A stretch of 64,000 bases of DNA from an uncultured Candidatus Saccharibacteria bacterium (lineage in GTDB: Bacteria; Patescibacteriota; Doudnabacteria; UBA920): NCBI GenBank assembly GCA_964505635.1, contig CAZDIP010000002.1, forward strand, positions 37,736 through 101,735, read 5' to 3'. Positions 1 through 9,529 of the stretch are shown here, in pieces (position 1 is the first letter of the stretch; every line of letters begins with the position of its first letter). The notes under the pieces are model-generated. The model was not told the origin of the DNA and searched no databases. It was given only the letters and a program-made list of their open reading frames with translations. A program made the translations under genes and the position numbers.

Positions 1-926
1 ATTTTAACCTCAATATCTCCGTCCAAAGTTTTAACAATAACCTTTGCGCCCAAAGCTGCCTGAGTAAAACCAACCGGCAAATCTTTAAGCAAATTAAAGC
101 CGTCTCTTAAAAAATCTTTAGAAGTTTTTACTCTTATATTTAAATACAAATCCCCGGGGCTACTACCCCGATAACCGGCTTCCCCCTCTCCGGGAATCCT
201 AACCCTCTGACCATTGTCTATTCCGGCAGGAATTTTAACTGAAATGGTTTTATTTTGCCTTTTTATGCCCCTGCCACTGCAGCTTTTACAAGGAATTTCC
301 GGCACTTGGCCAATTCCTTCACAACGATCACAGGCTGTAGAAGAAGCCACGGCACCAAAAATAGTTTGTCTGGTAACCCGAATCTGACCCTGGCCATGGC
401 ATTTTGGACAAGTAGCAATTTTAGTACCCTCCGAAGCGCCGCTACCATTGCAAACCTGACACTTGTCCTGTTTTTCCAAATTAATAGTTTTTTCCACGCC
501 AAAAACTGCCTCTTCAAATGCAATCTCCAAACCCATTTCCAAGTCTATACCCTTATTTCGCCTGGAAGCACGCTCCTGGCGGCCGCCAAAAAAGTCACTG
601 AACATATCGCCTAAATCAAACTCAACTCCGTTGTTGCCAAAACCTCCAAAATCAAACCCTTCAAAAGGACTCCCGCCTGCGCCATACTTAAAACCGCCTG
701 CGCCATGGTTGGACGCAGCCTCCCAATTGCTTCCATAAGTATCGTAAGCTTTGCGTTTTTGCTCATCGCTTAAAACCTGGTACGCCTCGTTAACTTCCTT
801 GAATTTAGCCTCATTGCCAGCGCCTTTATCCGGATGAAACTCGTGAGCCTTTTTCCGAAAAGCTTTTTTTATTTCATCAGCTGTCGCTGCTTTACTTACG
901 CCTAATATTTGATAATAATCTTTCAT
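1..926 (-). CDS. dnaJ: Molecular chaperone DnaJ (C-terminal end truncated by window edge; start codon at 926)
   Basis: Reverse-strand translation starts [34 protein letters not shown] (J domain), followed by a G/F-rich region and a four-repeat CxxCxGxG zinc finger (CQVCNGSG...CPKCHGQG...CDRCEGIG...CKSCSGRG); the ORF runs off the window, so it is absent from the ORF track. Confidence 0.9.
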   Translation of the reverse strand, partial: MKDYYQILGVSKAATADEIKKAFRKKAHEFHPDKGAGNEAKFKEVNEAYQVLSDEQKRKAYDTYGSNWEAASNHGAGGFKYGAGGSPFEGFDFGGFGNNGVEFDLGDMFSDFFGGRQERASRRNKGIDLEMGLEIAFEEAVFGVEKTINLEKQDKCQVCNGSGASEGTKIATCPKCHGQGQIRVTRQTIFGAVASSTACDRCEGIGQVPEIPCKSCSGRGIKRQNKTISVKIPAGIDNGQRVRIPGEGEAGYRGSSPGDLYLNIRVKTSKDFLRDGFNLLKDLPVGFTQAALGAKVIVKTLDGDIEVK

Positions 927-942
927 AGAAAAAACTAGAGGC

Positions 943-1239
943 TTATTCGGTTCTAAAACCAATTTTTTGGTCGGGCACTACCGCTAAACTAATAGTTCCA
1001 TATTGTTGTTCGTATTTTTGTATGCTTTCTAAAATTGCCTTGCTTAAACGCTTCATATGGCTGGGCGAAACCATGACTCTGGCATTAACAATTCCGGCCG
1101 GGGGCAAAACATTCATAAAATCCATTACAAACTCCTCAGCGGTATGACCTATTTGCACATGCGTGGCATAAGCTCCTTTTAAAGTTTCGTCCGTAATTTT
1201 TACCTGTATGGATTGATTTTCGTTCTGAGTTTTTTCCAT
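943..1239 (-). CDS. DUF3467-like small protein
   Basis: 98 aa; motif [18 protein letters not shown] resembles the DUF3467 family; sits between dnaK and dnaJ. Confidence 0.5.
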   Translation of the reverse strand: MEKTQNENQSIQVKITDETLKGAYATHVQIGHTAEEFVMDFMNVLPPAGIVNARVMVSPSHMKRLSKAILESIQKYEQQYGTISLAVVPDQKIGFRTE

Positions 1240-1240
1240 A

Positions 1241-1990
1241 TTAATTGGCCTGTAGCCTTAATTTTATATTTTTTAACTGTTGCTGCTCTTCCGTGCAAAA
1301 ATCCTGCGGGCTCGCCTGGCCGTAAAAATTAAAAATTTTTCCGGAAATACCCCTGCTCTGACTCATGATGCAATTTTCATTTTGGTTTAAAGGCAAGCCC
1401 AACTGCAAACCAAGTTCATGCAATAAAGCTGAACGCGCGTAATCGTTAAAGGCATTGTAATTACTTCCGGTAAGATCCCTAATTGCCTTAGTAGAAATAA
1501 CAATTCCAAACTCCTTAAAGGACCTGCTTATTTCAGTTTCCGCTCTAGGCTTGTAATCGTTGACAACCATAATAAATAAATTCGGTTGACCGGTTAAATA
1601 ATGCCTGCGTTTGTCTTCCACAATACTGCCAAGACCTTGTTCCGTAAATGTATCGTTGTTAATTTTGTCTATGTTAAACACACTAACCTGTTTACCCAAA
1701 TATTCCCTGACTTTGTCAGAAAAATTATTTACGACTTCATCGCTTACACCATATGAGTCAGACTGAACAAACTCAACAACCACCGGACTGCCCCCAAAAA
1801 AATATTCTGCTCTGGCATCTCCCGGTTTATGTAAACTAAACAAGCCTCTTAAAGTGGGGTATTTACCCAAAGTAAATCTAGTAGTTTGGTTAAAATTACT
1901 GTTCAAAGATCCCATTACGGAAACTTTGACATAAACCACAGAAGTAACCAAGGCAATAACAATAACAACTAGCAGTGTTTTAAAAGTCAT
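1241..1990 (-). CDS. Membrane-anchored protein with degenerate metzincin-like motif (HELGLQLGL)
   Basis: 249 aa, N-terminal transmembrane helix; SALLHELGLQLGLPL resembles HExxHxxGxxH of zinc metalloproteases but both downstream His are replaced. Confidence 0.45.
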   Translation of the reverse strand: MTFKTLLVVIVIALVTSVVYVKVSVMGSLNSNFNQTTRFTLGKYPTLRGLFSLHKPGDARAEYFFGGSPVVVEFVQSDSYGVSDEVVNNFSDKVREYLGKQVSVFNIDKINNDTFTEQGLGSIVEDKRRHYLTGQPNLFIMVVNDYKPRAETEISRSFKEFGIVISTKAIRDLTGSNYNAFNDYARSALLHELGLQLGLPLNQNENCIMSQSRGISGKIFNFYGQASPQDFCTEEQQQLKNIKLRLQAN

Positions 1991-2023
1991 GAATTTGTTG
2001 CTTTTTATTTATTTTTAATGCAA

Positions 2024-3931
2024 CTATTTATTTGAGTTAACTTCCTTGTACTCCGCGTCCACCGGGCCTTTGTCAGAATTTGGATTTTGCCCGCCTGGCG
2101 AAGCATTTTGCTCAGGCGCAGATGAACTTTCCGAAGCTTTAGCGGAGTCCGCCGTAGCTTCAGCGGAGGAGGAATACATAGCCGCCCCTACCTTCTGCAC
2201 GGCTTCGCTTAAAGCATCCATAGCTTTCTTTATTGCTTCCACGTCGTCTTTGTCTTTAACTTCCTTTAAAGCTTTAATTTTTTCTTCAACCTGGGTTTTA
2301 TCTTCGACTTTAGCTTTGTCGCCGGCGTCTTTCAAAGTTTTTTCAGATACGCTAATAAGCGTATCGGCTTGGTTTCGCATATCCACGGTTTCTTTGCGTT
2401 TCCTGTCTTCCGCGGCGTGGCTTTCTGCTTCCTTTTTCATTCTTTCCACATCTTCCTTGGAAAGATTGGAAGAACCCTGAATGGTAATTTTGTTTTCCTT
2501 GTTGGTCGCCTTGTCTTTGGCCTTTACAGTAAGTATACCATTAGCGTCTATATCAAAGGTAACTTCAACTTGAGGAATACCTCTTGGAGCCGGCGGAATG
2601 CCGTCTAATATAAAATGGCCTAAAGATTTGTTGTCTTTGGCAAATTCGCGTTCACCCTGAAGCACGTGGACTTCTACACTGGTCTGGTTGTCAGCCGCGG
2701 TGGAAAAGGTTTGTGACTTAGAAGTAGGGATAGTGGTGTTACGGTCTATAAGCGGAGTGCGTATACCGCCCAAAGTTTCAAGCCCTAAGGTTAAAGGCGT
2801 AACGTCTAAAAGCAAAATTTCCTTGCCTTGCACGTCGCCACCCAAAACTCCGGCCTGCACAGCCGCGCCTTTAGCCACGGCTTCCATTGGGTCAATACCG
2901 CCTTCTACGGCTTTACCAATATAGTCTTCTACAAACTTTTTAACCGAAGGCATTCTGGTCGGCCCGCCAATTAAAATAATTTTGTCTATATTTTGCGGGG
3001 TAAGTTTGGCGTCACTAATAGCCTGCTCTACCGGCTTTCTCATTTTTTCTATAAGCGGCTTAACCAGTTCTTCTAACTTAGCGCGGGTGATTTTAATCTG
3101 TAAGTGCTTGGGCCCGCTGGCATCTGCGGTTATAAACGGCAGGTTAATATCGGTTTCCAAAGTGGTGGAAAGTTCAATTTTGGCCTTTTCCGCGGCTTCT
3201 CTGACACGGTTCATAGCCATTTTGTCGCCTGTAATATCTACGCCATTTGCCGCTTTAAAGTCGGAAGTTATAAAGTTTATAATTGCCGCGTCCATATCTT
3301 TTCCGCCTAATTGCGTGTCGCCCGAAGTGGACATAACTTCAAAAGTTGCCTGGCCTTCGTGCTCGCCAAAGTCCATTATTGTCACGTCCAAAGTTCCACC
3401 ACCCAAATCGAATACAAGGATTTTTTGGTCTTTGGCGCCGGTTTTGTCCAGGCCATAAGCAAAAGCCGCGGCTGTTGGTTCGTTAATTACGCGCACTACT
3501 TCAAGTCCCGCAATTTCGCCGGCGTTTTTAGTGGCCTGCCTTTGGCTGTCATCAAAATAAGCCGGTACCGTAATAACCGCCTTTTGTACTGGCTGGCCCA
3601 AAAAAGTTTCCGCGTCTTTTTTAATTTTCTGCAATATAAAAGCACTAATCTGCTCCGGGGTGTATTCCTTGCCGTTTATGCTGTACTTAAACGTTGTGCC
3701 CATTTTTCTTTTGGCTTCAAAAATGGTGCCTTCGGGGTTAGTCACCGCTTGCCTTCTGGCCGGCTCACCAACTAATAATTGTCCTTCTTTGGTAAAAGCC
3801 ACATACGATGGGAATGCTTTTCCCCCGAGTGACGCCCCTTCCGCTGCCGGAATAATAACGGGCGTACCGCCTTCCATAACCGAAGCGGCAGAATTACTTG
3901 TACCCAAATCTATACCTATAATTTTTGCCAT
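2024..3931 (-). CDS. dnaK: Molecular chaperone DnaK (Hsp70)
   Basis: 635 aa; [44 protein letters not shown] signatures; C-terminal lid and acidic tail. Confidence 0.97.
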   Translation of the reverse strand: MAKIIGIDLGTSNSAASVMEGGTPVIIPAAEGASLGGKAFPSYVAFTKEGQLLVGEPARRQAVTNPEGTIFEAKRKMGTTFKYSINGKEYTPEQISAFILQKIKKDAETFLGQPVQKAVITVPAYFDDSQRQATKNAGEIAGLEVVRVINEPTAAAFAYGLDKTGAKDQKILVFDLGGGTLDVTIMDFGEHEGQATFEVMSTSGDTQLGGKDMDAAIINFITSDFKAANGVDITGDKMAMNRVREAAEKAKIELSTTLETDINLPFITADASGPKHLQIKITRAKLEELVKPLIEKMRKPVEQAISDAKLTPQNIDKIILIGGPTRMPSVKKFVEDYIGKAVEGGIDPMEAVAKGAAVQAGVLGGDVQGKEILLLDVTPLTLGLETLGGIRTPLIDRNTTIPTSKSQTFSTAADNQTSVEVHVLQGEREFAKDNKSLGHFILDGIPPAPRGIPQVEVTFDIDANGILTVKAKDKATNKENKITIQGSSNLSKEDVERMKKEAESHAAEDRKRKETVDMRNQADTLISVSEKTLKDAGDKAKVEDKTQVEEKIKALKEVKDKDDVEAIKKAMDALSEAVQKVGAAMYSSSAEATADSAKASESSSAPEQNASPGGQNPNSDKGPVDAEYKEVNSNK

Positions 3932-3983
3932 AATATTTTCTCCTTAATTAATACTCTGAAAGTAATTTTTAACAAATTACTGC

Positions 3984-4250
3984 TTAATTTGTTGCTAATA
4001 AAACTGCTATAAATATCAACGGGATAACAACAATAAATACTAGGATATTAGAAATTAACTTAAACCATATTTTATTTGTGCTATAGCTATTATTAAATAA
4101 CAAACTTACCGCAACAGATAATGCCAGCATCACAAAAGTGAAAAAAGAATCTAAATGACTCTTAAAGTAGCTATCATTTACCGAAAAAGTCCAAATAAAT
4201 CCGGTTAAATATACTATTCCTGAAACTATAGCAATGAATTTTTGAATCAT
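3984..4250 (-). CDS. Small integral membrane protein (hypothetical)
   Basis: 88 aa, two to three hydrophobic helices; lies between grpE and dnaK. Confidence 0.35.
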   Translation of the reverse strand: MIQKFIAIVSGIVYLTGFIWTFSVNDSYFKSHLDSFFTFVMLALSVAVSLLFNNSYSTNKIWFKLISNILVFIVVIPLIFIAVLLATN

Positions 4251-4260
4251 GTTTTTATTA

Positions 4261-4554
4261 CTACAAACTCTCTATCTCCATTTCCTTAAACTGATTCAAG
4301 GTGAAGCCTAAAATATTTTTACTTGCTAAGAGTTTTTTGGAAGTTGCGAATTCTTTAGAAAATTCCTCTTTTAACTTAACAAAAACATTGCCTTCGCTTC
4401 CGTCACTTTTACGCTTTAGGTGTAAAATTATTTTATTCTTGTTCAAAATCTTACTTACTATGGTGCAGTCATCCGCCGTTAAAACTTTTATGGCGCTGGC
4501 TTTATCTTCCCACTCCATTATTTTTCCTACTTCAAACCAGTCTTTAATTTTCAC
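4261..4554 (-). CDS. Hypothetical protein
   Basis: 97 aa ORF inside the heat-shock gene cluster; no recognisable motif. Confidence 0.35.
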   Translation of the reverse strand: MKIKDWFEVGKIMEWEDKASAIKVLTADDCTIVSKILNKNKIILHLKRKSDGSEGNVFVKLKEEFSKEFATSKKLLASKNILGFTLNQFKEMEIESL

Positions 4555-4691
4555 TTGGTATATTGCTTTCTCCGTATCCGCCTAAACACGTTAAACGAAA
4601 ACAGCTATTACTTTTCCTAAACTTAACCCATGTCTCCTTTAAAAAAATTTCTGCTGGGTTATAATTATTATTCAACCTCATAAATCAAAAA

Positions 4692-5201
4692 TTATTGTCG
4701 CTTATTTATTATTACCTGGCTCGGACGAATTACTTTTCCGTTCAATTCAAATCCGCTTTGAAGTTCTTCCACCACCATCCCATCATCTTCCCCTTCCACC
4801 TCTCTTACCGCTTCGTGGAAATTGGGGTCAAACTTTTTTCCAACCGCTTCTATTTTCTTTACGCCCAATTCGCCCAAAGTTTTGTCTAGCTGGGAAAGAA
4901 TGCCGTTCATCCCGGTAAACCAGTTATCATACTGTTTCCAAAACTCATCTTCGCCCTTAGCCCTTAGCCCTTCACCCTTTGGCAAATGCTTTAAAGCTTG
5001 CGCTAACGCGTCCAGCGTGGGCAAAAGCTTGGCTACGGTTACTTCGCGCGCGAATTCCACCAATTCCTTGTTTTCCGCTTCCTTCCTGCGCTTATAATTT
5101 TCAAAGTCAGCTAACGTACGTTTCCATTTTTCGGTAATATCGTCTAAATCGGTTTGCAGCTGGTCTAGGTTTTGGGAATCTTGTTGATTATCCTCATTCA
5201 T
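4692..5201 (-). CDS. grpE: Nucleotide exchange factor GrpE
   Basis: 169 aa; KRTLADFENYKRRKEAE and LLPTLDALAQAL match the GrpE core. Confidence 0.9.
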   Translation of the reverse strand: MNEDNQQDSQNLDQLQTDLDDITEKWKRTLADFENYKRRKEAENKELVEFAREVTVAKLLPTLDALAQALKHLPKGEGLRAKGEDEFWKQYDNWFTGMNGILSQLDKTLGELGVKKIEAVGKKFDPNFHEAVREVEGEDDGMVVEELQSGFELNGKVIRPSQVIINKRQ

Positions 5202-5319
5202 AAATTCGAAATTCTAATATCGAAATCCGAAACAATAATTAAATTATAAATTTTAAACATTTGAATTTGGAAATTCGATTTTGTTTCGAATTTCATGCTT
5301 CGTATTTCGGATTTAAACT

Positions 5320-6075
5320 TTATTTAATCATAAAAAATATAAAAATCGCAGCGCCTCCCCCAATTAACTTAGATATATATTCAAGCAGACTCATATTCTT
5401 CTCGTACTTCATACTCTTAGGCCCCACCACGCCAATTACGCCTTTTTTGCCGCTTGGCAATTGCAAACCTGAAACTACCATAGAGTAATCGCTATTTTTA
5501 GACAATGTAATTTCTTTTCCTATTTTGGCTTCCGGGCCCTTACCTGTATATTCCTGCATCATTTTTTCCGCGTGTTCGTCCAAATGGTCAAAAAACTGGG
5601 CAATCTCCTTTGCGTCTTCGGCCGGCAAATTCGGACTGTTTAAAATATTGGAAATTCCCACGGAAGAAACTTCGTCCGGGAAAAGCGCGAAACCTCCGGC
5701 TCCTGAATGTTCAGAAACCAACTTAGCCAAACGCCTGCCCATTTCCATATGAACTACCTGCAATTTAGCCAACTCCCTCTTAAGCCTATCCTGTTCCTGC
5801 AAAGTCAGTTTAACTTTATCCATTAACTGGTTTACAAAATACCGAAAACCTTTGTCGGTCGGGATACGGCCGGCAGAAGTATGCGGCTGCTGAATATACC
5901 CCATTTTTTCCAATTCCTGCATTTCGTTCCGAATGGTCGGCGCGGAAATGCCAAAATGGTACTTTTCAGCAAGCTCCTTACTGCCTACCGGTTCGCTGTT
6001 TTCGCAGTGCTCTTTAACAATAGCAGCCAGTATTTTTGCCTGCCTTTGGGATAATTTATTATCACTGTCTTGCAT
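5320..6075 (-). CDS. hrcA: Heat-inducible transcription repressor HrcA (short form)
   Basis: 251 aa; N-terminal winged-helix segment LSQRQAKILAAIVKEHCENSEPVGSKELAEKYHFGISAPTIRNEMQELEKMGYI is typical of HrcA; leads the grpE-dnaK-dnaJ cluster. Confidence 0.85.
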   Translation of the reverse strand: MQDSDNKLSQRQAKILAAIVKEHCENSEPVGSKELAEKYHFGISAPTIRNEMQELEKMGYIQQPHTSAGRIPTDKGFRYFVNQLMDKVKLTLQEQDRLKRELAKLQVVHMEMGRRLAKLVSEHSGAGGFALFPDEVSSVGISNILNSPNLPAEDAKEIAQFFDHLDEHAEKMMQEYTGKGPEAKIGKEITLSKNSDYSMVVSGLQLPSGKKGVIGVVGPKSMKYEKNMSLLEYISKLIGGGAAIFIFFMIK

Positions 6076-6076
6076 G

Positions 6077-6117
6077 AAGTGATAATACTATTATCACTCA
6101 AAGCTGTCAAGTGATAA
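6077..6117. promoter_or_regulatory. CIRCE-like operator: TTATCACTC-N9-AAGTGATAA (6091-6117) plus an extra AAGTGATAA half-site (6077-6085), immediately upstream of the hrcA start
   Basis: Compare canonical CIRCE TTAGCACTC-N9-GAGTGCTAA; each half-site differs at 1-2 positions and the 9-nt spacer is conserved. Confidence 0.5.
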
Positions 6118-6163
6118 CCCCATCTAACTAAAAAAATTAAATGTAAAGTATACTTGACATTAA

Positions 6164-6192
6164 AAAATATCTGTCATATTATTGTCCTATTA
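6164..6192 (+). promoter_or_regulatory. Sigma-70-like promoter (TTGACA-17nt-TATTAT) for the thioredoxin-like gene
   Basis: -35 at 6164-6169, -10 at 6187-6192, 17-nt spacer, about 45 nt upstream of the ATG at 6236. Confidence 0.45.
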
Positions 6193-6235
6193 AGACTTAT
6201 TAGTCCTAAGCAGGACAACAAAGGAAACAAACACT

Positions 6236-6847
6236 ATGAACAAAACTATTTGGATAATTCTTGCCGCGGTTATAATACTTGGCGGCGGGATAGCGCTTTA
6301 TGCCAATCAAAATTCAGGCAACAAGACTCAAACTAAAAATGACGTCATGATGCAAGATGACAGCGCTATGCAAAAAAAAGATGATGCTATGGTGAAAGAA
6401 GAAGGAATGATGGACAAAAAAGACGAAAGCATGATGGAAAACAAAGACTCAATGACAAAAGATGAAAGTGCGATGATGAAAGAAGATGATAAAATGTCCC
6501 CTAAAGCGGGATCCGCCTCCGGCGAAATGGAAGCAAAACCAGGACTTTACACAGACTACTCCTCCTCAAAACTTGCCGAAGCCAGCGCAAACGGCAAAGC
6601 TGTATTGTTCTTTTGGGCTAGCTGGTGCCCCTTTTGCAAAGCCGCCAACGAAGCGTTTTTGTCCCGCGCCTCAGAAATCCCTTCCGGCGTAACCGTGCTT
6701 AAAACCAACTATGATACGGAAAAAGATCTTAAAGCCAAATACGGCGTAACTTACCAGCATACTTTTGTGCAAGTGGATGCACAAGGCAATATGCTTAGCA
6801 AATGGAACGGCGGGGACATTGATTCGCTAAAAGCGAATTTAAAATAA
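6236..6847 (+). CDS. Membrane-anchored thioredoxin-like protein with Met/Asp/Lys-rich low-complexity linker
   Basis: 203 aa; N-terminal transmembrane helix; linker MMQDDSAMQKKDDAMVKEEGMMDKKDESMMENKD...; thioredoxin fold with WCPFC active site. Confidence 0.8.
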   Translation: MNKTIWIILAAVIILGGGIALYANQNSGNKTQTKNDVMMQDDSAMQKKDDAMVKEEGMMDKKDESMMENKDSMTKDESAMMKEDDKMSPKAGSASGEMEAKPGLYTDYSSSKLAEASANGKAVLFFWASWCPFCKAANEAFLSRASEIPSGVTVLKTNYDTEKDLKAKYGVTYQHTFVQVDAQGNMLSKWNGGDIDSLKANLK

Positions 6848-6918
6848 ATATTGTTCGAGCGAAGTCGAGAACCAATAAAAAATTTTCTTCTCCACTTTGG
6901 TCGAAAACTAAAATTTTT

Positions 6919-7632
6919 ATGCTACAACTTTTATTTGCTGTACTTGCCGGCATGCTCACTGTGGGCGCGCCATGCATACTCCCCCTCCTCCCAATTCTTT
7001 TGGGCGCCAGCGTAGGCCAAAACAGCAAGACCAGGCCATTATTTATAGCCTTTGGATTCATATTTACTTTTTCATTGGCAGGCTTGTTTTTATCAGCCCT
7101 AGTGCAAAGTTTTATGATAGCGCCCGACGCCTTAAGAAATGCCGCAGTTTTTATGCTCGGCCTATTCGGCTTACTGCTTTTATGGCAAACGCCTTTTAAA
7201 AAACTGGCTGTTTATTTATCCGGCGCCGTTACCAGCGCAAGCTCGGCCGCAGGGCAAGCAGGCAGCGGAAACTTGGGGGGATTTGTTTTAGGAGCGCTCT
7301 TAGGCATAATTTGGACGCCTTGCGCCGGGCCGGTTTTAGGAAGCATATTAACTTTAATAGCCACTCAAGCCGACCAGGTCCGCGCGACTATATTAATAGT
7401 CGCTTACGCGCTTGGAGCGGGAATTCCAATGGTTTTAATTGCCTACGGCGGCCAATATATTACCCAAAAAGTCAGATGGCTGGCCAATTACTCGGAAGCT
7501 TTGCAAAGAATTTTTGGAAGTCTTATTATTGCCCTGGCCATAGCCATGTACTTTCAGTACGACTTAATTTTGCAGGCGAAATTATTGGAATTTTTTCCTG
7601 CCTGGAATTTAGCTAACCTAATTAAACTTTAA
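6919..7632 (+). CDS. ccdA: Cytochrome c biogenesis / disulfide-electron transporter CcdA (DsbD family transmembrane domain)
   Basis: 237 aa polytopic protein; conserved Cys pair in transmembrane helices (GAPCILPLLP ... TPCAGPVLG). Confidence 0.85.
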   Translation: MLQLLFAVLAGMLTVGAPCILPLLPILLGASVGQNSKTRPLFIAFGFIFTFSLAGLFLSALVQSFMIAPDALRNAAVFMLGLFGLLLLWQTPFKKLAVYLSGAVTSASSAAGQAGSGNLGGFVLGALLGIIWTPCAGPVLGSILTLIATQADQVRATILIVAYALGAGIPMVLIAYGGQYITQKVRWLANYSEALQRIFGSLIIALAIAMYFQYDLILQAKLLEFFPAWNLANLIKL

Positions 7633-7751
7633 AAATAAATATACATGAGTCCCAAAACTTCCCATTTCGAGTGAAACGAGAAATCCCTTAAAGCTTAAGC
7701 CCGTATGTTTAAGCGATTCCTCACTACGTTCGGAATGGTTTACACGGATTT

Positions 7752-8801
7752 TTGGACCCATGTAAATATAGAATGAAATATTTACCATACATATTAATTG
7801 CTTTAGTGATTTTTTTAGCCGCCGGTTTTTATTTAGACCGAGCTAACCGCTATACAGAGCCAGTCCCGCTTACCATTGATTCCAGTTCAAACAATATAAA
7901 TAAACTTATGCCCACGGAGTTAAAAAATTATGGCCCGGCGCCTGAATTTAAAGGCATCACCAAATGGCTTAATAGTGACCCGTTAACCCTTGAAGACTTA
8001 AAAGGCAAAGTTGTTTTAGTAGATTTTTGGACATACTCATGCATAAACTGCATTCGCACCTTGCCTTACGTAACCAAATGGTACGACACTTATAAAGACC
8101 AGGGCCTGGTAATTGTAGGCGTGCACACTCCTGAATTCGCTTTTGAAAAAGTAACCGAGAACGTGCAAACGGCAATAAAAAGATTTAACATAAATTACCC
8201 GGTAGCGCAGGACAATGACTTTCAAACCTGGAATGCCTACTCAAACCGCTATTGGCCCGCGCATTATTTAATAGATAAAGAAGGCAACGTAGTTTATACG
8301 CATTTTGGCGAAGGCAATTACGGTATTACCGAAAACAATATCCGCTATTTGCTCGGCCTAAATTCCCCCGCAAATACCAAAAATCCGACCTTCGGAAAAG
8401 TGGGAAGCCCTGAAATGTATTTTGGCTTAAGCCGCTTGGAAAATTTGAGTTCAAAACAAACAGCCTCGTCTCACCCAAATATTTATAATTTTCCCGATCA
8501 TTTAAAATTAAATGAATTCGCTTTAAACGGAGAATGGAAATTTGAAAACGAAAAAACCGTACTAACAAAAGGATCGGGAATTATTCGCTTAAAATTTAAA
8601 GCCGGCAAACTGCATATGGTAGCCTCGTCAGACAAGCCGCAAGACTTAAAAATTACTGTTGATGGAAAAATTAAGGCAGCTGTGAAAGTTCAGATGTCCG
8701 AGCTTTATACCTTATTTGATTCCAACGATTATTCGGAGCATACTATAGATATAGAAATTCCCGAAGCCGGTTTTGAGGCGTTTACTTTTACATTCGGATA
8801 G
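7752..8801 (+). CDS. TlpA/ResA-like thiol-disulfide oxidoreductase with about 140-aa C-terminal extension (DipZ C-terminal-like); likely true start at the Met near 7773
   Basis: Transmembrane anchor; VVLVDFWTYSCINCIRTLPYV (CxxC redoxin); the CcdA + redoxin + C-terminal domain architecture mirrors mycobacterial DipZ split into two genes. Confidence 0.8.
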   Translation: MDPCKYRMKYLPYILIALVIFLAAGFYLDRANRYTEPVPLTIDSSSNNINKLMPTELKNYGPAPEFKGITKWLNSDPLTLEDLKGKVVLVDFWTYSCINCIRTLPYVTKWYDTYKDQGLVIVGVHTPEFAFEKVTENVQTAIKRFNINYPVAQDNDFQTWNAYSNRYWPAHYLIDKEGNVVYTHFGEGNYGITENNIRYLLGLNSPANTKNPTFGKVGSPEMYFGLSRLENLSSKQTASSHPNIYNFPDHLKLNEFALNGEWKFENEKTVLTKGSGIIRLKFKAGKLHMVASSDKPQDLKITVDGKIKAAVKVQMSELYTLFDSNDYSEHTIDIEIPEAGFEAFTFTFG

Positions 8802-8890
8802 TTCTTTGAAAAGGACAAACCTAGCGGTTTTTCCTTTTCAATACTTATCCTTTTCCCTATAATTGTCTCCTCGGCCAGCAAATAAATTAC

Positions 8891-9103
8891 TTGGCCTCGG
8901 ATCTAAAAATGATTTTAAACAACATTCGCAAATTCAGGGAAGAAAAAAGCCTTACCCAGGAAGAACTGGCCAAGGCGGTTTTTGTTTCCAGGCAAACCAT
9001 TAACGCTATGGAAAAAGGCAATTACGAACCAAGCTTGGGACTAGCCTTAAAAATTGCCGGTTTTTTTAAAATGCCGATTGAAGAAATTTTTAAAATAAGA
9101 TAG
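8891..9103 (+). CDS. XRE-family helix-turn-helix transcriptional regulator
   Basis: 70 aa; LTQEELAKAVFVSRQTINAMEKG helix-turn-helix. Confidence 0.8.
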   Translation: MASDLKMILNNIRKFREEKSLTQEELAKAVFVSRQTINAMEKGNYEPSLGLALKIAGFFKMPIEEIFKIR

Positions 9104-9158
9104 TCAATGCTTGTTAAAATGTTAGTATGTTATTATGATTAAATGTTAAAATGATTAT

Positions 9159-9521
9159 ATGAAATCTATCATCTACTACCTTTTGCTTTTAATACTTATT
9201 GCGCTTACGGCCGGGTTTATGCTGTCTGAACCTATGGATAAAATGACTATGCCGCAAATGCTTTCGGTCAGCGTAGTTTTAGTCATATATTCAATCGCTA
9301 TTTCCTTAGTCGGCGAAACTAACAACCAAGACGAACGCGATATTATGCATAGAAATTTGGCCAACCGCTATGCTTTAATTTCAGGTACTGTGGTATTTTC
9401 TTTGGGACTGATTTATCAAATGTTTATAACCCACGCTTTAGACTGGTGGCTTTTGGCAGGACTTATTACCATAAACCTTACAAAAATTATTAGCTTAATA
9501 TATTTTAACTACAGAAAATAG
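9159..9521 (+). CDS. Small membrane protein paired with the XRE regulator
   Basis: 120 aa, three to four transmembrane helices, 55 nt downstream of the XRE gene. Confidence 0.5.
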   Translation: MKSIIYYLLLLILIALTAGFMLSEPMDKMTMPQMLSVSVVLVIYSIAISLVGETNNQDERDIMHRNLANRYALISGTVVFSLGLIYQMFITHALDWWLLAGLITINLTKIISLIYFNYRK

Positions 9522-9529
9522 TTTTCTGA

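Noticed and set aside
255-738. Plus-strand ORFs 255-614 and 463-738 and minus ORF 263-523, all overlapping the dnaJ region
   Set aside because: They lie antisense or out of frame to the clearly identifiable DnaJ coding sequence (J domain, G/F region, CxxCxGxG zinc finger) read on the minus strand; low-complexity translations.
2046-3947. Multiple plus-strand ORFs (2046-2480, 2982-3458, 3311-3775 and others) inside dnaK
   Set aside because: Antisense to an unambiguous Hsp70 gene; Ser/Ala-rich mirror-frame translations typical of spurious ORFs.
5320-6075. HrcA being truncated or a pseudogene (251 aa versus about 340 aa in model organisms)
   Set aside because: The ORF is intact with a complete N-terminal DNA-binding domain and a start adjacent to its operator; short HrcA forms are plausible in reduced genomes. 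No frameshift evident.
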